The position numbers were made by a program, and so were the translations under genes. A stretch of DNA of 64,000 bases, taken from Nanobdellota archaeon (GTDB lineage Archaea > Nanobdellota > Nanobdellia > Pacearchaeales > GW2011-AR1). This document shows positions 62,256-64,000 of the stretch, piece by piece. Where the stretch lies: NCBI GenBank assembly GCA_049324275.1, contig JBMOLG010000006.1:118056-182055 (forward strand). The letters are read 5' to 3'. Every line of letters begins with the position of its first letter. The stretch's first letter is position 1. The notes under the pieces were generated by a model. The model was given only the letters and a program-made list of their open reading frames with translations, was not told where the DNA came from and searched no databases.

Positions 62256-62981
62256 ATGAAACAAGAATTAATGAGTTTAGGTCTGACAAATAATGAAGCG
62301 ATAGTTTACCTCGCACTTCTTGAAACAGGAAGCACAAATGCAGGGGAAATAATAAAGAAGACTAAACTTCATAGAAATATTGTTTATGATAATCTTGAAA
62401 GGCTTATTGAAAAAGGGCTTGTTAGTTTTGTTCTGATTAAAAATATAAAGTATTTTGAAACAACCTCGCCGAAAGAGCTTAAGGAATATATTGAAAAACA
62501 AAAAAGGGAAATTGTTGACAAGGAAAAAATCGTGAACCAAATTATTCCAGAAATTGATAAAAAAAGAAGTTTCCCCGAAAAAAAGCAAGAGGCAATAATC
62601 TTTAAAGGAAAAAAAGGCCTTAAAACAATTCTAGAAGAAATAACAAAATCAAAGACAGAATTTCTCACATTTGGAACCGGCTGGGGAATGAAACAAACAA
62701 TGGGAGATTATTATGGACAATGGCATTTAAAGTTAATGCAAAATAAAATAAAATCCCGAATACTACTTCCAATAAACAAAAAGAATGAATATATCAAACC
62801 ATACGAAGCGCGCTATCTACCAAATGAAAACATTATGCCCTCGACAATTTGCATTTTTGAAGATAAAGTTTTGAATATTATTTGGGGAGAAGACCCTATC
62901 GCAGTATTAATTACAAGCGAAAAAGTTTCATCCTCATATAAAAGCTATTTTGAGATGCTTTGGAAAATTGCTAAAAAGTAA
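62256..62981 (+). CDS. TrmB-like transcriptional regulator, paralogue D (241 aa)
   Basis: LGLTNNEAIVYLALLETGSTNAGEIIKKTKLHRNIVYDNLERLIEKGLV and the C-terminal ...IIWGEDPIAVLITSEKVSSSYKSYFEMLW. The track ORF start at 62019 is an antisense read-through extension. Confidence 0.8.
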   Translation: MKQELMSLGLTNNEAIVYLALLETGSTNAGEIIKKTKLHRNIVYDNLERLIEKGLVSFVLIKNIKYFETTSPKELKEYIEKQKREIVDKEKIVNQIIPEIDKKRSFPEKKQEAIIFKGKKGLKTILEEITKSKTEFLTFGTGWGMKQTMGDYYGQWHLKLMQNKIKSRILLPINKKNEYIKPYEARYLPNENIMPSTICIFEDKVLNIIWGEDPIAVLITSEKVSSSYKSYFEMLWKIAKK

Positions 62982-63199
62982 TTAAACTGAAATTTTTATT
63001 ATAGAATAAACATAGCAGAATTTTTCAGAATAATTTTTGGAATAACATTTTTATTGCTTAATCCAATTAAAGATTTTCTTAAAAGAATTTTTGAAAAGTA
63101 AGATATTTAAGATAACAATATTTAATAATCAAGACTATAGTATAAAAATACGCTAATAGATAAAATAGCTACAAGGTAAATTTTATTGCCAAATTTAAT

Positions 63200-63715
63200 A
63201 TGTTATATCTTGCATACATAAAACCATGTAATAGTCTTGTTGCAATTCTTGGAAATTTCGATTTGAAATATCCTTCAAGTGGATTACACCTTAACCTTTG
63301 GAATTTTAACACTTATGAAAAAGACGAAGACCATTTGATTAATAGGCTTATGGAAATTGGTCTTAATCCATTTAATGTTCGAACAGATAAGATAAAATCT
63401 TTTGATAATAGTTCTTTAGTTATAAAATTAGAAGCTGATGAAACATTGTGTCATTTACATAATAAAATAATAAATGCAGTTAGAGATTTTGATAAAAATT
63501 CTGTTCTTTTTGATAAAATGGTCAGACAATATGGGGGAAAAAATTATAATCCCCATATAACAATTTCAAAGAAATATGTTCCGGGGCAGATTCAGGAAGA
63601 GATTGAATGGCAAATAAAAGGAATAGAATGGAAAGTTGATTCTTTTTATTTAATTAAGTATCAACAAGAAGAAAAGATTTGGAAAGACGTCAAGACTTTT
63701 TGCAGGCAGTCATAA
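63200..63715 (+). CDS. 2H-phosphoesterase (LigT / 2'-5' RNA ligase-like) candidate
   Basis: Two H-x-T/S-type motifs at the expected spacing: GLHLNLW (degenerate) and NPHITISK. Confidence 0.4.
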   Translation: MLYLAYIKPCNSLVAILGNFDLKYPSSGLHLNLWNFNTYEKDEDHLINRLMEIGLNPFNVRTDKIKSFDNSSLVIKLEADETLCHLHNKIINAVRDFDKNSVLFDKMVRQYGGKNYNPHITISKKYVPGQIQEEIEWQIKGIEWKVDSFYLIKYQQEEKIWKDVKTFCRQS

Positions 63716-64000
63716 TTCTACAATTACTTTTGCTATCTTTTCGGGGACATGCCTTAATAATGTTTTTCTTTCGCTTGGATATTCTGCAATAAAGTCCCCT
63801 AAAACAACCCTTGAATCATTTAAATTATTTTCAACTAATTTGGAATTTTCAGCGAGATATTTTTCCAGGACTTTTTCAGAGGGCATTTTATTATTAATGA
63901 TTATTTTATCCAATGTTATGCCAGAATATTGTTGGATTCTTTGGACAAAATCGCTCGCTTTGAAATTATAACTTCCTTCTTTTGTAAACAAGTTGCAGAT
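63710..64000 (-). CDS. C-terminal part of a YvcK/CofD-like (UPF0052) protein; the gene continues past the window end
   Basis: ...KASDFVQRIQQYSGITLDKIIINN...VLEKY...LLRHVPEKIAKVI resembles the C-terminus of the family. The frame stays open to position 64000. Confidence 0.45.
   Translation of the reverse strand: MCNLFTKEGSYNFKASDFVQRIQQYSGITLDKIIINNKMPSEKVLEKYLAENSKLVENNLNDSRVVLGDFIAEYPSERKTLLRHVPEKIAKVIVEL

Noticed and set aside
1-64000. Search for CRISPR arrays, rRNA genes, transposases or integrases, reverse transcriptase/DGR cassettes, C/D-box sRNAs and additional tRNAs
   Set aside because: No regularly spaced direct repeats were seen. There is no rRNA-like GC-rich block and no DDE, tyrosine-recombinase or YxDD motifs in any ORF. 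No RTGATGA...CTGA pairs occur in intergenic DNA, and no further T-loop-like GTTCGAATC/TTCGATTC sequences occur outside the three tRNAs. This was done by eye only, so small elements could have been missed.

Overview
AT-rich (roughly 30% GC by eye, not computed), very gene-dense archaeal chromosome segment. Many neighbouring genes overlap by 1-4 nt at ATGA or TAATG junctions, and convergent genes overlap at their 3' ends. Archaeal identity follows from the thermosome, aRF1, the Rpo7(E-prime)-Spt4-S24e-S27ae cluster, L35Ae/L10e, ThrRS with the archaeal editing domain, archaeal AspRS, FtsZ, ScpA/ScpB, an MBF1-like protein, a class III (pilin) signal peptide and a tRNA with a bulge-helix-bulge intron. 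Metabolism is sparse: pgk, ppsA, a purM-like gene, dCMP deaminase and GatC/GatA. Together with many orphan ORFs and several truncated housekeeping genes, this fits a reduced, DPANN-like archaeon, which is an inference only. I recognised no rRNA, CRISPR array, transposase, integrase or reverse transcriptase. The observations most worth a second look are these. (1) Five TrmB-family regulators, four of them ~240-aa paralogues, each with its own palindromic operator placed precisely against TATA boxes. (2) A rigid promoter geometry, a TTTAWAWA box about 21 nt before the ATG, which I also used to re-assign several start codons. (3) tRNA-Ile with anticodon UAU, split by an 83-nt canonical BHB intron. 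(4) Two processive GT2 polysaccharide synthases: a NodC/HAS-like one with a deacetylase partner, and a PgaC/IcaA-like one translationally coupled to scpB. There is also a pilin-signal LamG protein. (5) A KaiC-like ATPase with a Q/N/P-rich tail beside an orphan gene and a tandem Lrp regulator. (6) Two strand-specific GC-rich hairpins that begin at predicted transcription start sites, as candidate sRNAs. (7) An AbrB-type mini-locus with GC-rich direct repeats bracketing a TATA box. (8) Gene remnants: a Dph2 N-terminal fragment, a GMP synthase C-terminal domain, a methyltransferase C-terminal half, a TGA-interrupted ORF and a frameshifted ORF. All family assignments come from motif recognition by eye. 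No database search or computation was run.
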